From: Pirellulales bacterium | Lineage (GTDB): Bacteria > Planctomycetota > Planctomycetia > Pirellulales > UBA1268 | Reading direction: 5' to 3' | DNA length: 50,678 nt | Assembly (NCBI GenBank): GCA_030577455.1 | Contig: JALIAA010000284.1 | Span: forward strand, 1-50,678 | Shown: one piece after another, positions 18,476-27,369 of the stretch | Numbering within the stretch: position 1 is the first letter of the stretch | Layout: each line of letters begins with the position of its first letter | Program-made: the position numbers and the translations under genes | The notes under the pieces: generated by a model | Databases searched by the model: none | Seen by the model: only the letters and a program-made list of their open reading frames with translations | Told to the model about the DNA's origin: nothing

Positions 18476-19722
18476 GGTTTCACCACCTCTTGCGCGGTTG
18501 GAGACACGTCAAATTCTTCAAGAGGCTGCACAACACTGCCTTCACGAGCTCGTGACATGCCAGAGATGACAATACGATCGTTCTCGCCGAGACCCTCTTC
18601 AATGACGCGAAGCATTCCGTCTGCCGCCGGAACGCTTCGTCCGGTGGTCACAGTTCGATACTCAATTCGATTCGTTTCACCAACAACAGCAACATATTTA
18701 CGACCCTGATCGATGCCGAGGGATCGTTCTGGGACCAGCATTGTGCGTTCTGGTTCAGCAGTTGTCATCTGTACGCGCATGAACATTCCGGGAGTAATTA
18801 GCTCTTCAGGATTGGGCAGCAGGCCACGGCATCGCACAGTTCCAGTTGTCGGTTTTACGCCAATGTCCACAAAGTCAAGAATTCCTTTGTGTAAAAAGAG
18901 TTCTTCCGTTACCAGTCGCGCCGATACGGGAATCTCAAGTTCTTTGATATCCCTCCAGGTGACGGCCTCACCACCACGTTTTGCGATTGCTCGTTGCCGA
19001 GCCAAGAGGAGTGCACGTTCATCAGTGTCAAAGTACACCTCGATAGGTGATGTGGTGACAACAGTTGTGAGCCGGGTGGCAGAGCTACCAGTTCCTGTAA
19101 CAAGGTCTCCAACATCTACTTCACGCGTGCTTACTCGACCAGTAAGTGGTGAGATGATCTGGCAAAATTCAAGGTCGAGTTCGGCCTGGGCTACAGTTGC
19201 GCGAGATTTATCAAGCATCGCATTTGCAACATCTCGCTTGGCAACCAGTATCTCGTATTGCTCTCGAGTTACGACTGCTTTCGGAAGCAGATTCTTGTAC
19301 CTCGCAACTTCACTCTCAAGTTCATTGAGTTCGGCAAGAGCTTTGGCAACATCAGCCCGAGCCTGATCACGAATAACAAGGTATGGCCGCTGGTCAATTG
19401 AAAATAGTGGGTCGCCCTTGGTAATTCGCTGACCATCACTGAAATGAATCTCTGTGATAAATCCTGAGACGCGCGCTTTTACCTCAACTGTTTCAACAGC
19501 GGCAGCATTTCCATTAAATTCCAAAGGGTTTGTAAGATTCTGAATACTTGGTTTTGTGACGACTACTTCAGGGGTGGGTGGCGGAACAAGCGACGGAGCA
19601 GGCCGTTGGCACCCAGTGAGTACACAAAGCACAAGTAAGAGCGGTCGATAAAAACACCACGACAGTCGATAAACAAACACGAAGTGAGTACTCCCAACCT
19701 GAGAAGTAAGTAGCCGGATCAA
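18472..19722 (-). CDS. RND periplasmic adaptor (membrane fusion) lipoprotein
   Basis: Lipobox VLTGC, VEVKARVSGFI, LFSIDQRPY, ISPLTGRVS, PGMFMRV; stop overlaps the permease start. Exact start uncertain. Confidence 0.95.
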   Translation of the reverse strand: MIRLLTSQVGSTHFVFVYRLSWCFYRPLLLVLCVLTGCQRPAPSLVPPPTPEVVVTKPSIQNLTNPLEFNGNAAAVETVEVKARVSGFITEIHFSDGQRITKGDPLFSIDQRPYLVIRDQARADVAKALAELNELESEVARYKNLLPKAVVTREQYEILVAKRDVANAMLDKSRATVAQAELDLEFCQIISPLTGRVSTREVDVGDLVTGTGSSATRLTTVVTTSPIEVYFDTDERALLLARQRAIAKRGGEAVTWRDIKELEIPVSARLVTEELFLHKGILDFVDIGVKPTTGTVRCRGLLPNPEELITPGMFMRVQMTTAEPERTMLVPERSLGIDQGRKYVAVVGETNRIEYRTVTTGRSVPAADGMLRVIEEGLGENDRIVISGMSRAREGSVVQPLEEFDVSPTAQEVVKP

Positions 19723-19966
19723 AGAGTACCGATCTTACACCGTGATTGTGTCTGGGACCTCACCTTCCTCAAAAACCCTATTATCGAATGCGGCAGTGTA
19801 TCTACGGCGTGCTGGTATACGAGAATGGATGATATTTTGAGCTACGCGGTGCGATTCGGAGTGGTTGGCGTGAACTCTCGATTCTGGCGGGTATGATAGA
19901 GGTGCGTAGCAACAACTCTGGTAACCGAGTCAGTTTTCATCCCCTTTCCCTCCCTGGAACAAGTCC

Positions 19967-20467
19967 GTGGCAGATTCACATTCCTCAGCAGATGCCCTTC
20001 ATCTTTTTGCGACTCGTACCTCAATTGAACAAGTTGAGGAAGGAAATGAACTTGCACCTAAGTTTGATGAAAAAGGCTTTATTCCATGTGTCACGACAGA
20101 TCATGCGTCGGGTGAGTTGCTGATGGTAGCCGTAATGAACCAAGAGGCACTAGAAAAAACAATTGTAACTGGGGAGGCACATTACTTTAGCCGGAGTCGT
20201 CAGTGTCTCTGGCATAAGGGAGCAACAAGCGGGCTTGTCCAGAACGTTGTCGAGATGAGGATTGATGATGACCAAGACTGTATTTGGTTGCGGGTTGATG
20301 TCGCTGGTGGCGCGAGTTGTCATGTTGGATATCGATCCTGCTTTTACCGAAAAGTTCCAGTGGGTGTGCAGCGAGACAGCGGCTCGGAACTTGAGTTCAT
20401 CGAGACCGAGAAAACATTTGATCCAAAAGAAGTCTATGGTGATGCACCAAATCCAACGCAGTTGTAA
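19967..20467 (+). CDS. hisI: Phosphoribosyl-AMP cyclohydrolase (monofunctional HisI, DDDQD variant)
   Basis: [17 protein letters not shown] and [11 protein letters not shown]; the usual DCDxD reads DDDQD. Confidence 0.95.
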   Translation: MADSHSSADALHLFATRTSIEQVEEGNELAPKFDEKGFIPCVTTDHASGELLMVAVMNQEALEKTIVTGEAHYFSRSRQCLWHKGATSGLVQNVVEMRIDDDQDCIWLRVDVAGGASCHVGYRSCFYRKVPVGVQRDSGSELEFIETEKTFDPKEVYGDAPNPTQL

Positions 20468-20498
20468 TCCAGTGAGTGAATGACAAGGCGATTTTTCT

Positions 20499-21032
20499 AT
20501 GGCTGATGTATCTACAACACAACTTGCACTCATTCGCCAGTTAAAGTTCTGTGCTGGTCACAGGCTCTACCGGCACGAAAGCAAATGTGCTTTTTTTCAC
20601 GGGCACAATTATCGTGTTGATCTTGAGGTGGTTGCTGCAAAAGGCGGTGACGAAGTTGATGAAGTTGGTCGCGTAGTAGATTTTTCACTTATCAAAAAGC
20701 GAATGCTTGGTTGGCTTGACGATCACTGGGATCATGCATTCCTGATCTACGAAGAAGACAAGAATGCTCTAGCCGCTATTCAGATGGTGGAGCCGGTCAA
20801 GTATTTTGTCATGCCTCATAATCCTACGGCAGAAAATATGGCGAGATATCTTCTGGAAATCGTTGCCCCGCATGTCTTAACAGATCTCGGCGTCGTTGCC
20901 CGACAGGTTTCTCTGTGGGAGACCAGTGAGTCGTGTGCCGTAGCCACACGTCCTGAGCATTCGAAGGCTATTGGCCCAGCCATGCCCAGGACTGCCATTA
21001 TCAAAGATAGTCGAAGTTCGGTGACGTCATGA
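20499..21032 (+). CDS. queD: 6-carboxytetrahydropterin synthase (QueD/PTPS family)
   Basis: AGHRL, KCAFFHGHNY (CxxxHGH), VVDF, DHAFL, NPTAENMA, LWET. Confidence 0.9.
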   Translation: MADVSTTQLALIRQLKFCAGHRLYRHESKCAFFHGHNYRVDLEVVAAKGGDEVDEVGRVVDFSLIKKRMLGWLDDHWDHAFLIYEEDKNALAAIQMVEPVKYFVMPHNPTAENMARYLLEIVAPHVLTDLGVVARQVSLWETSESCAVATRPEHSKAIGPAMPRTAIIKDSRSSVTS

Positions 21033-22057
21033 GTACTTCAGAAACACGTGGGAGTCTGGGACGTTTTCCAACAACTCGGCTTCGAAGAAATCGGCAGCAT
21101 GAATGGCTTCGAGATGTGGTCGCGGAGACGAGGGTGTCGCCGCACGATCTTATATGGCCACTGTTTGTACATGACAAGGCAGAGCGTGAACCCATTGCCG
21201 CAATGCCCGGTGTTGATCGTTTGCCAATTAAAGAAGTTGCCAAGGCGGCAGCCGAAGCAAAGTCTTTGGGTATACCCGCTCTTGCTCTGTTTCCGGTTGT
21301 TGCTTCAGAGCACAAGACCGTTGATGGACAGTATGCTCTTGATCCAGAAAATCTGATATGCCGGACCATCCAAGCGGTGCGAGCTGAAACAGATAATGAC
21401 GTCGGTATTATCTGTGACGTTGCACTCGACCCATACACAACACATGGTCACGACGGACTGCTCAAAAATGGCCGTATTGTAAATGATGAGACAGTTGCTG
21501 TGCTGCAGCAGCAAGCCAGAGTGCTTGCCCAGGCTGGTTGCCATATCGTTGCACCATCAGACATGATGGATGGCAGAGTGCGGGCGATCAGAACTGCACT
21601 TGATGAAAATCAACAGGAAGAGGTTGGTATCCTCTCATATGCAGCAAAGTATGCATCTGCATTTTATGGACCTTTTCGTGATGCGCTTGGCAGCCATGCG
21701 GCCCTTGGTACTGCAAAATCTCTTGGCGTTGCAGATAAGAAGACGTATCAGATGAATCCAGCAAACACAGACGAAGCACTCAGAGAGGTTGCATTTGATC
21801 TTGATGAGGGCGCTGATTTAATCATGGTCAAACCAGCCATGACATGTTTGGATATCATCTATCGGGTCAAGCAAGCCTTCGGTGTTCCCACACTTGCCTA
21901 TCAGGTGAGTGGAGAATATGCCATGATTCAGGCAGCTACAGCCAACGGCTGGCTCGATGGGGATCAGGCTGCATTCGAAGCAGTTCTCGCAATAAAACGA
22001 TCTGGTGCTGACGCGATTCTGACCTATTTCGCACCAAAAATCGCCCGACAGTGCTGA
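21029..22057 (+). CDS. hemB: Porphobilinogen synthase, Asp-rich (Zn-independent) type
   Basis: RLRRNR, DVALDPYTTHGHDG, APSDMMDGRV, YAAKYASAFYGPFRDA, MVKP, AYQVSGEYAMI; ATGA overlap with queD. Confidence 0.97.
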   Translation: MSTSETRGSLGRFPTTRLRRNRQHEWLRDVVAETRVSPHDLIWPLFVHDKAEREPIAAMPGVDRLPIKEVAKAAAEAKSLGIPALALFPVVASEHKTVDGQYALDPENLICRTIQAVRAETDNDVGIICDVALDPYTTHGHDGLLKNGRIVNDETVAVLQQQARVLAQAGCHIVAPSDMMDGRVRAIRTALDENQQEEVGILSYAAKYASAFYGPFRDALGSHAALGTAKSLGVADKKTYQMNPANTDEALREVAFDLDEGADLIMVKPAMTCLDIIYRVKQAFGVPTLAYQVSGEYAMIQAATANGWLDGDQAAFEAVLAIKRSGADAILTYFAPKIARQC

Positions 22058-22269
22058 AACACGTGAGGTAGACGGAACCAGATCAGGCCTCTCAGAGGGT
22101 TTTTCAATTTCTGGACGACAGTCTCGTGTTGACGGCAACCGGTTACATTTCTCATGATTTGGGGGATTGGAAGTGGACAAGCCGTTCAATTTCCATCGTA
22201 TGATTCAAACCTGTTTTCAAAAACGATGGTTCCCGTCGTCTTCGGAAGAAACCTCCCTGAAAGGATGCT

Positions 22270-23226
22270 ATGCACGCTTCACGCATTTTAACCCTCAGCC
22301 TCGCACTGTTCGGATGTCTTGTCCTCATGCTGTCCCCCGTTTCAGCAATCGCGCAAACCCCCTCGGCAGTTGATACGGAATTAGAGCGAGTACGTGGCAA
22401 TTGGCGAGTTGTTGAACTCGTTGAAAATGGACAGGAAATACCGGACGAACAGATGCAGTACTGGCTGCCTGGAGGTGGAAATCTGGAAATAGTTGACTAC
22501 ACAATTCTTTTCTCAGACCCAGTTGGTGGAAGCAAAACGACACGTGAGTTCCGGATTGATCCAACGTCTTATCCGAAAAGAATTACCATTAAGAATAAGG
22601 ATACAGAAACAGGGAAGGGTATCTATAAATTTGATGAGGGTAAACTCGTCGTCTGTTTTTCACGAGATGTCTCAAAGGTGCCTACCGAGTTTGGTGCTCC
22701 AAAAGATTCTGCACGCGCTCTCGTCGTGCTGGAAAAATATGAGCCCAATAACTCAGCAACCCCAAAGGGTGCCCCACGACCTGCTCCTAAGCCAGTTCAT
22801 GATAATCCCCCTGATATGAGCCAGTGGCAGAGTGCCAAGCCAGCACCACCCCCGGCTGTCGTACCAGGTGGTGGTGTGACATCACGTGTACTGACTGATG
22901 CTGAGGTTCGGGAAATGGCTGTTGGAACATGGCGTATGACAGATACCGAAGGATCGGTTGACATTACGTACAACGTCGACGGAACGTTTCAGACCTATCG
23001 GTATTATCAGATGCTTCGAAACTTCCAATCAGTATTTGTACCGACTCCGATTTCCAGTGGTACATGGATGATATCGAATGGTCGGCTGATTACACATGTA
23101 ACCGCCTCGTCACGAGTTGGTTTAACGAATCAGACGCTTACGCCAGCGGTTCGTTCAATCTCTCAGACAGATCTTATCCTTGTTGATAACTTTGGTCGTG
23201 TGTCGAGGTCTGTGCGAGTGCGATAA
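22270..23226 (+). CDS. Secreted TIGR03067-like planctomycete domain protein with Pro-rich linker and second beta domain
   Basis: Signal peptide, GNWRVVELVENG, IDPTSYPKRITI, GIYKFDEGKLVVCF; Pro-rich linker; second GTW...GTW lipocalin-like module. Confidence 0.75.
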   Translation: MHASRILTLSLALFGCLVLMLSPVSAIAQTPSAVDTELERVRGNWRVVELVENGQEIPDEQMQYWLPGGGNLEIVDYTILFSDPVGGSKTTREFRIDPTSYPKRITIKNKDTETGKGIYKFDEGKLVVCFSRDVSKVPTEFGAPKDSARALVVLEKYEPNNSATPKGAPRPAPKPVHDNPPDMSQWQSAKPAPPPAVVPGGGVTSRVLTDAEVREMAVGTWRMTDTEGSVDITYNVDGTFQTYRYYQMLRNFQSVFVPTPISSGTWMISNGRLITHVTASSRVGLTNQTLTPAVRSISQTDLILVDNFGRVSRSVRVR

Positions 23227-23263
23227 TAAGCCCTCGATTGGGGTCTCACTAGACAACGTTCTA

Positions 23264-23322
23264 AAACAGCTTCCGCAGATCAACTCGTCGAAATGGGTGA
23301 TCTGGGGAAGCTGTTTACTTTT
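23264..23322 (+). terminator. Long stem-loop, probable intrinsic terminator
   Basis: AAACAGCTTCC-G-CAGATCA (23264-23282) pairs with TGATCTG-G-GGAAGCTGTTT (23298-23316); followed by ACTTTT. Confidence 0.65.
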
Positions 23323-23517
23323 ATTGAGTTAGGCCTCAATGCCGCGAAGCTACCAAACATCACCAGTTTCTCCCTTTTCAATCAAACAAAGATCAGACTA
23401 CGGCTGACAAAGTAGCGTAGTTTTAACGTTTATGCCGATAAAAAAAGCATAAATGTCATTCTTCAGGCAGTGCTCCAATGTGAGCTGCCTTGTTTGCTGT
23501 TCGTGGAGGGCCCAGTC

Positions 23518-25254
23518 GTGAAACGACCGGGAAAGAGAGAACGTCTTTTCGCAAAACTCTGTGGAATGGTGTGCGCAGTTCTTCTGTTCTCTTCTTTGTC
23601 GTTCAACACACGTGCTTCACCACCGGATGATCAGTTCCCGACAAGTATCATTCGTGAAACGCAATTCGAATCTGTCCAGCTTCAGCCTGAGGAAATACCG
23701 GCACCACTTCCTCAGGAAACGAGTGAATCAGAGAGTATGGCGGAACCAAGCGACAGCCAGACGATTCTTGCACCAGACCAACCCGGAAATATTCAACGTG
23801 GTGCGGGTCAACAATTGGGTGGACTCTCTGATCCGAACGATACCGTACTTGACCCCAATCAGGTCGGTAATCTCATGACCAGACTTGATGCCCTGGAAGA
23901 TGGTGGCGAGAAGTTACCAATTGTGCGACTCAGTGGTTTCTTTCAACTCGATAGCGGAATCTACAGCCAAGATACCCTCGCACGTACTTATTTTGGGAAC
24001 ATGCAAAACGGTGTCGGTTTCCGAAGAGCTCGTCTTCAGGCAATCGGAAAAGTTACAGAAACAAATGCATTCAGTATCGAAATGGATTTTGGTCAATCAG
24101 GTCGACCAAGTTTCCTTGATGTCTGGGGTGAGCAGTCAGAGCTCCCGTATTTAGGAACGATTCGTATCGGTCAATTTAGGCAGCCCGGTACCATGGATAG
24201 TTGGACAAGCGTTCGACACCTGAACTTTCTTGAACGTTCAGCTCCATTTATGGCTCTTGATCCTTTCCGCCGTATCGGCATTATGGCCTATGACATCAGT
24301 GATGATGAGCGTACGAGTTGGGCGTATAGCGTCTATGGCACTGGACTTACATTTTACAACACAGGTTCTCAAAGCAACTATCGTACGTTCGGCGATAATA
24401 CAACCGGAGTGCAGATCGGTGATCAAGGTGGGGTCACCTTTGCATCAAGGATCACACACCTTGTTCATTATGATGAACCCTCTGATGGACGATATTTATT
24501 ACATGTTGGAACAGGATTCATTTACGCTCAAATTGGTGGTGATCCTAATGCTAGTCCTACTCCAGGGGACCCATTTGAGTCTTTTGCGCAGAGTTATCGA
24601 ACAAGCACATTACCAGAGTTCTTTGTCGGAGATATATCATCAGGCGGCAAGATCACCGCGGCTGGAACACCAGCAGTGCTTGATACTGGTCGTTTTTTGG
24701 CGACGCATTTCAGCCTTTATCATCTTGAACTTGCGTTCAATCGTGGCCAATTCAATTTTCAAAGCGAAGTCATGTTAGAGCCCGTACAACAAGCAGTAGG
24801 ACCACTTCTTCTCCAGTCTGGCGCGTATATGCAGTGCGGGTATTTTCTCACAGGAGAACACGCGAAATACCTCAAACAGGCTGGGGTTTTTGATTACAAC
24901 GTGAATCCTTTTACACCATTTTTCGGAACAGGACGCAGAGGACGTATACGTGGCTGGGGCGCTTGGGAACTTGCATTTCGATGGTCCTATCTTGATCTTA
25001 CAAATCGTGACTATGACCCAGCCAACTATCTTCCAGACCCAGATGCTGCGTTACCACCAGATCCACAATTCGGTGTTCTCAACGAGTCAACGGTAGCAAT
25101 CAATTGGTGGTGGAACCGATCGATGCGTGTGCAGTTTAATTGGATTCATAGCATGCCATCGTATACGGCACGAACCACTTCGGCGAATCCTCCGACGATC
25201 ACGGGTCCCGTTCCGTTCAATATTTTTGCGACACGATTTCAAGCCGAGTTCTAG
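23518..25254 (+). CDS. OprO/OprP-family anion-selective porin
   Basis: GVGFRRARL, IRIGQFRQP, LNFLERS, GAYMQCGYFLTGE, GAWELAFRWSYLDL, INWWWN and C-terminal FQAEF; GTG 23518 follows GGAGGG. Confidence 0.88.
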   Translation: MKRPGKRERLFAKLCGMVCAVLLFSSLSFNTRASPPDDQFPTSIIRETQFESVQLQPEEIPAPLPQETSESESMAEPSDSQTILAPDQPGNIQRGAGQQLGGLSDPNDTVLDPNQVGNLMTRLDALEDGGEKLPIVRLSGFFQLDSGIYSQDTLARTYFGNMQNGVGFRRARLQAIGKVTETNAFSIEMDFGQSGRPSFLDVWGEQSELPYLGTIRIGQFRQPGTMDSWTSVRHLNFLERSAPFMALDPFRRIGIMAYDISDDERTSWAYSVYGTGLTFYNTGSQSNYRTFGDNTTGVQIGDQGGVTFASRITHLVHYDEPSDGRYLLHVGTGFIYAQIGGDPNASPTPGDPFESFAQSYRTSTLPEFFVGDISSGGKITAAGTPAVLDTGRFLATHFSLYHLELAFNRGQFNFQSEVMLEPVQQAVGPLLLQSGAYMQCGYFLTGEHAKYLKQAGVFDYNVNPFTPFFGTGRRGRIRGWGAWELAFRWSYLDLTNRDYDPANYLPDPDAALPPDPQFGVLNESTVAINWWWNRSMRVQFNWIHSMPSYTARTTSANPPTITGPVPFNIFATRFQAEF

Positions 25255-25262
25255 GAGTCATC

Positions 25263-25652
25263 ATGCAGAAAATAGTATTCCTTATTTTCTTTATCACTGT
25301 CGGTAACGTTTTTGCTGATGAAAAGAGTGATAGACCAGACAACCAAGATGGCTATTGTGATCTCTGCGGAAGTTGTCAATGTATTCGTCGCATACCAGTT
25401 GCAAAACCAATTATGAAAGAAGTGAAAAAAATATGTATTCATACGAAGAGTGAAGATGTGATTATCCCGGGCCCAGCGTGTCTCTGTGGAAAAACGCATG
25501 GACGTGATGAATGTGGGTGTTTTTGGTATCCGCTTTGGAAACCAACGTGGGCGAAAGTGATAAAAAAAACAATTCCGGTAACGACTGAAGTGACACGAAA
25601 GGTTCCTAGTTATGAGTGGGTGCTTGAAGAACGGTGCAACCACTGCCGCTGA
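25263..25652 (+). CDS. Secreted cysteine-rich hypothetical protein
   Basis: RBS AGGAG, signal peptide, 11 Cys in 129 aa including CDLC near the N-terminus and CNHC at the C-terminus; 8 nt after the porin stop. Confidence 0.8.
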   Translation: MQKIVFLIFFITVGNVFADEKSDRPDNQDGYCDLCGSCQCIRRIPVAKPIMKEVKKICIHTKSEDVIIPGPACLCGKTHGRDECGCFWYPLWKPTWAKVIKKTIPVTTEVTRKVPSYEWVLEERCNHCR

Positions 25653-25826
25653 TGGCCTTTGATGGCCTTGTGCTCAAAGAAATGTGTCGAATAAATGTGG
25701 TTACAATCAGTAGCATCTCGCCTTTCAAGAAGAACCGGGTGATTTCATTTGCAACCTGCTTAGGTATATGGACTGATTGCTGGTGTACGGCGACCACCTT
25801 TGAATGACGAGCGATTTGAATCGGTT

Positions 25827-26723
25827 ATGAATAAAAAAATAGTAATAGCTGAGAATCCAAACGCAGGTGCACAAGACAAGCAATCGCTCCTCAGCGATCT
25901 GAAAGCCAGACTCATTGCACGAGGCTATCTTGTTGAACAAGAAAGCGACCGAAAAAAAATTCAGGACATGGTGGGTACTGACAGTAGTACAAACGAGGAA
26001 AAAATCGAGTGCGTTATATGTGCGGGTGGTGATGGAACAATTGGCTTTGTTGCAAATTGTTCAGCTCCTACAACCCCGTTAGCAATTCTTCCACTTGGAA
26101 CAGAAAATGTTCTTGCGAAGCAACTCGGTTTTGATTGTGATATCAATCGACTCATGGACAAAATAGATAGTTCTAAAACATTCGCAATCGATGCTGGTGA
26201 AGCGAACGGACAGCTTTTTCTAGCGGTCGCTTCGGTCGGCTTTGATGCGGAAGTCGTGCGGCTTCTCAGTGCTCGACGAACCGGTCACATTGACCACACA
26301 ACATGGGTTCGGCCGATTTTACAGGCACTTGGTGGATATCAATTTCCCAAGATTCGCGTCCGGACTGAAGGAAATGAAAAGGCGGTTCATACTCGCTGGG
26401 CATTTGTCTTCAATGTGCCACGATATGCGCTCGGACTTCGATTTGTTGCTGAGGGTGATTGTGCTGATGGACGACTCGATCTGTGTTGTTTTCGTGGGGG
26501 TCGTTGGTGGAATGGTCTTCGGTATTTTATCGGTGTGCTTTTTGGTTGGCATCGAAGCTGGCGTGATACACACGTGGAGCAAGTAACAGAAATTGCAATC
26601 GAATCTGATGAGCCAGTCCCATACCAGCTTGATGGTGACCCGGGTGGTGAGTTGCCGGTAACAATCCGAGTACTCCCTGGCCGTCTTACGTTCGTTGGCA
26701 GCTCACCAGTAGCGGACTCATAA
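25827..26723 (+). CDS. Soluble diacylglycerol/lipid kinase (YegS/DAGK family)
   Basis: NPNAG, CAGGDGT, ILPLGTENVLA, SVGFDAEV, YQLDGD; start could extend to 25800. Confidence 0.92.
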   Translation: MNKKIVIAENPNAGAQDKQSLLSDLKARLIARGYLVEQESDRKKIQDMVGTDSSTNEEKIECVICAGGDGTIGFVANCSAPTTPLAILPLGTENVLAKQLGFDCDINRLMDKIDSSKTFAIDAGEANGQLFLAVASVGFDAEVVRLLSARRTGHIDHTTWVRPILQALGGYQFPKIRVRTEGNEKAVHTRWAFVFNVPRYALGLRFVAEGDCADGRLDLCCFRGGRWWNGLRYFIGVLFGWHRSWRDTHVEQVTEIAIESDEPVPYQLDGDPGGELPVTIRVLPGRLTFVGSSPVADS

Positions 26724-26790
26724 AGCAAGAGTGCCAAGAGAAATTCTACAGAAATTTATTGAAAGTGCGTATCTGGCGAAATATGCAGAA

Positions 26791-27369
26791 CTACTTACCT
26801 TGTGGGCGAAATGACTGCATTCGAGTTGGGTCTGTTTCCAGGTAAGGTGGTTGGGGCTTCCCAGTGTGAATGAGATCAATGCAGTAGGGAATTGCAGGGA
26901 AAACTGCATCAAGGCATTCACAAATACTTTTGGGACGGCCTGGGAGATTGACGACCAAAGCGCCACCGCACACACCCGCAGTCTGGCGAGAAAGAATTGC
27001 GGTGGGCACATATTGAAGTGATACCTGCCGCATCAGTTCACCAAACCCAGGTAACATTTTTGAACACACACGCTCAGTTGCCTCAGGCGTGATATCACGT
27101 GGTGCAGGTCCGGTACCGCCTGTTGTGATAATAAGACAGCATCCATGGCTGGACATGTCTTCGATAGCTGCAGCAACACAGTCGACTTCATCTGAAACAA
27201 TTTGAATTTCAGGTTCCCAGGAAACAGAAAGTACCTCACGAAGATAATTTTGAACCGCTGGCCCACCTTCGTCAGCATATTCACCACGGCTGGCCCGGTC
27301 TGAGACTGTCAGAATTCCTATACGAATCGAGCCCCCACGTTTTTTTCCTCCGTCCAGTCCGTTACTCAC
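26791..27369 (-). CDS. mog: Molybdopterin adenylyltransferase
   Basis: [52 protein letters not shown]; GTG at 27369 overlaps the cysNC stop (GTGA). Confidence 0.95.
   Translation of the reverse strand: MSNGLDGGKKRGGSIRIGILTVSDRASRGEYADEGGPAVQNYLREVLSVSWEPEIQIVSDEVDCVAAAIEDMSSHGCCLIITTGGTGPAPRDITPEATERVCSKMLPGFGELMRQVSLQYVPTAILSRQTAGVCGGALVVNLPGRPKSICECLDAVFPAIPYCIDLIHTGKPQPPYLETDPTRMQSFRPQGK

Noticed and set aside
18713-19366. 217-aa ORF antisense to the RND adaptor
   Set aside because: Ser/Arg-rich shadow ORF inside a well-supported gene.
19723-19966. Zur box upstream of hisI
   Set aside because: Only a short imperfect hairpin (ACTCTGGTAACCGAGT) seen; no AT-rich palindrome like known Zur sites.
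22086-22104. Terminator after hemB
   Set aside because: Only a 4-bp stem before the T run; too weak to call.
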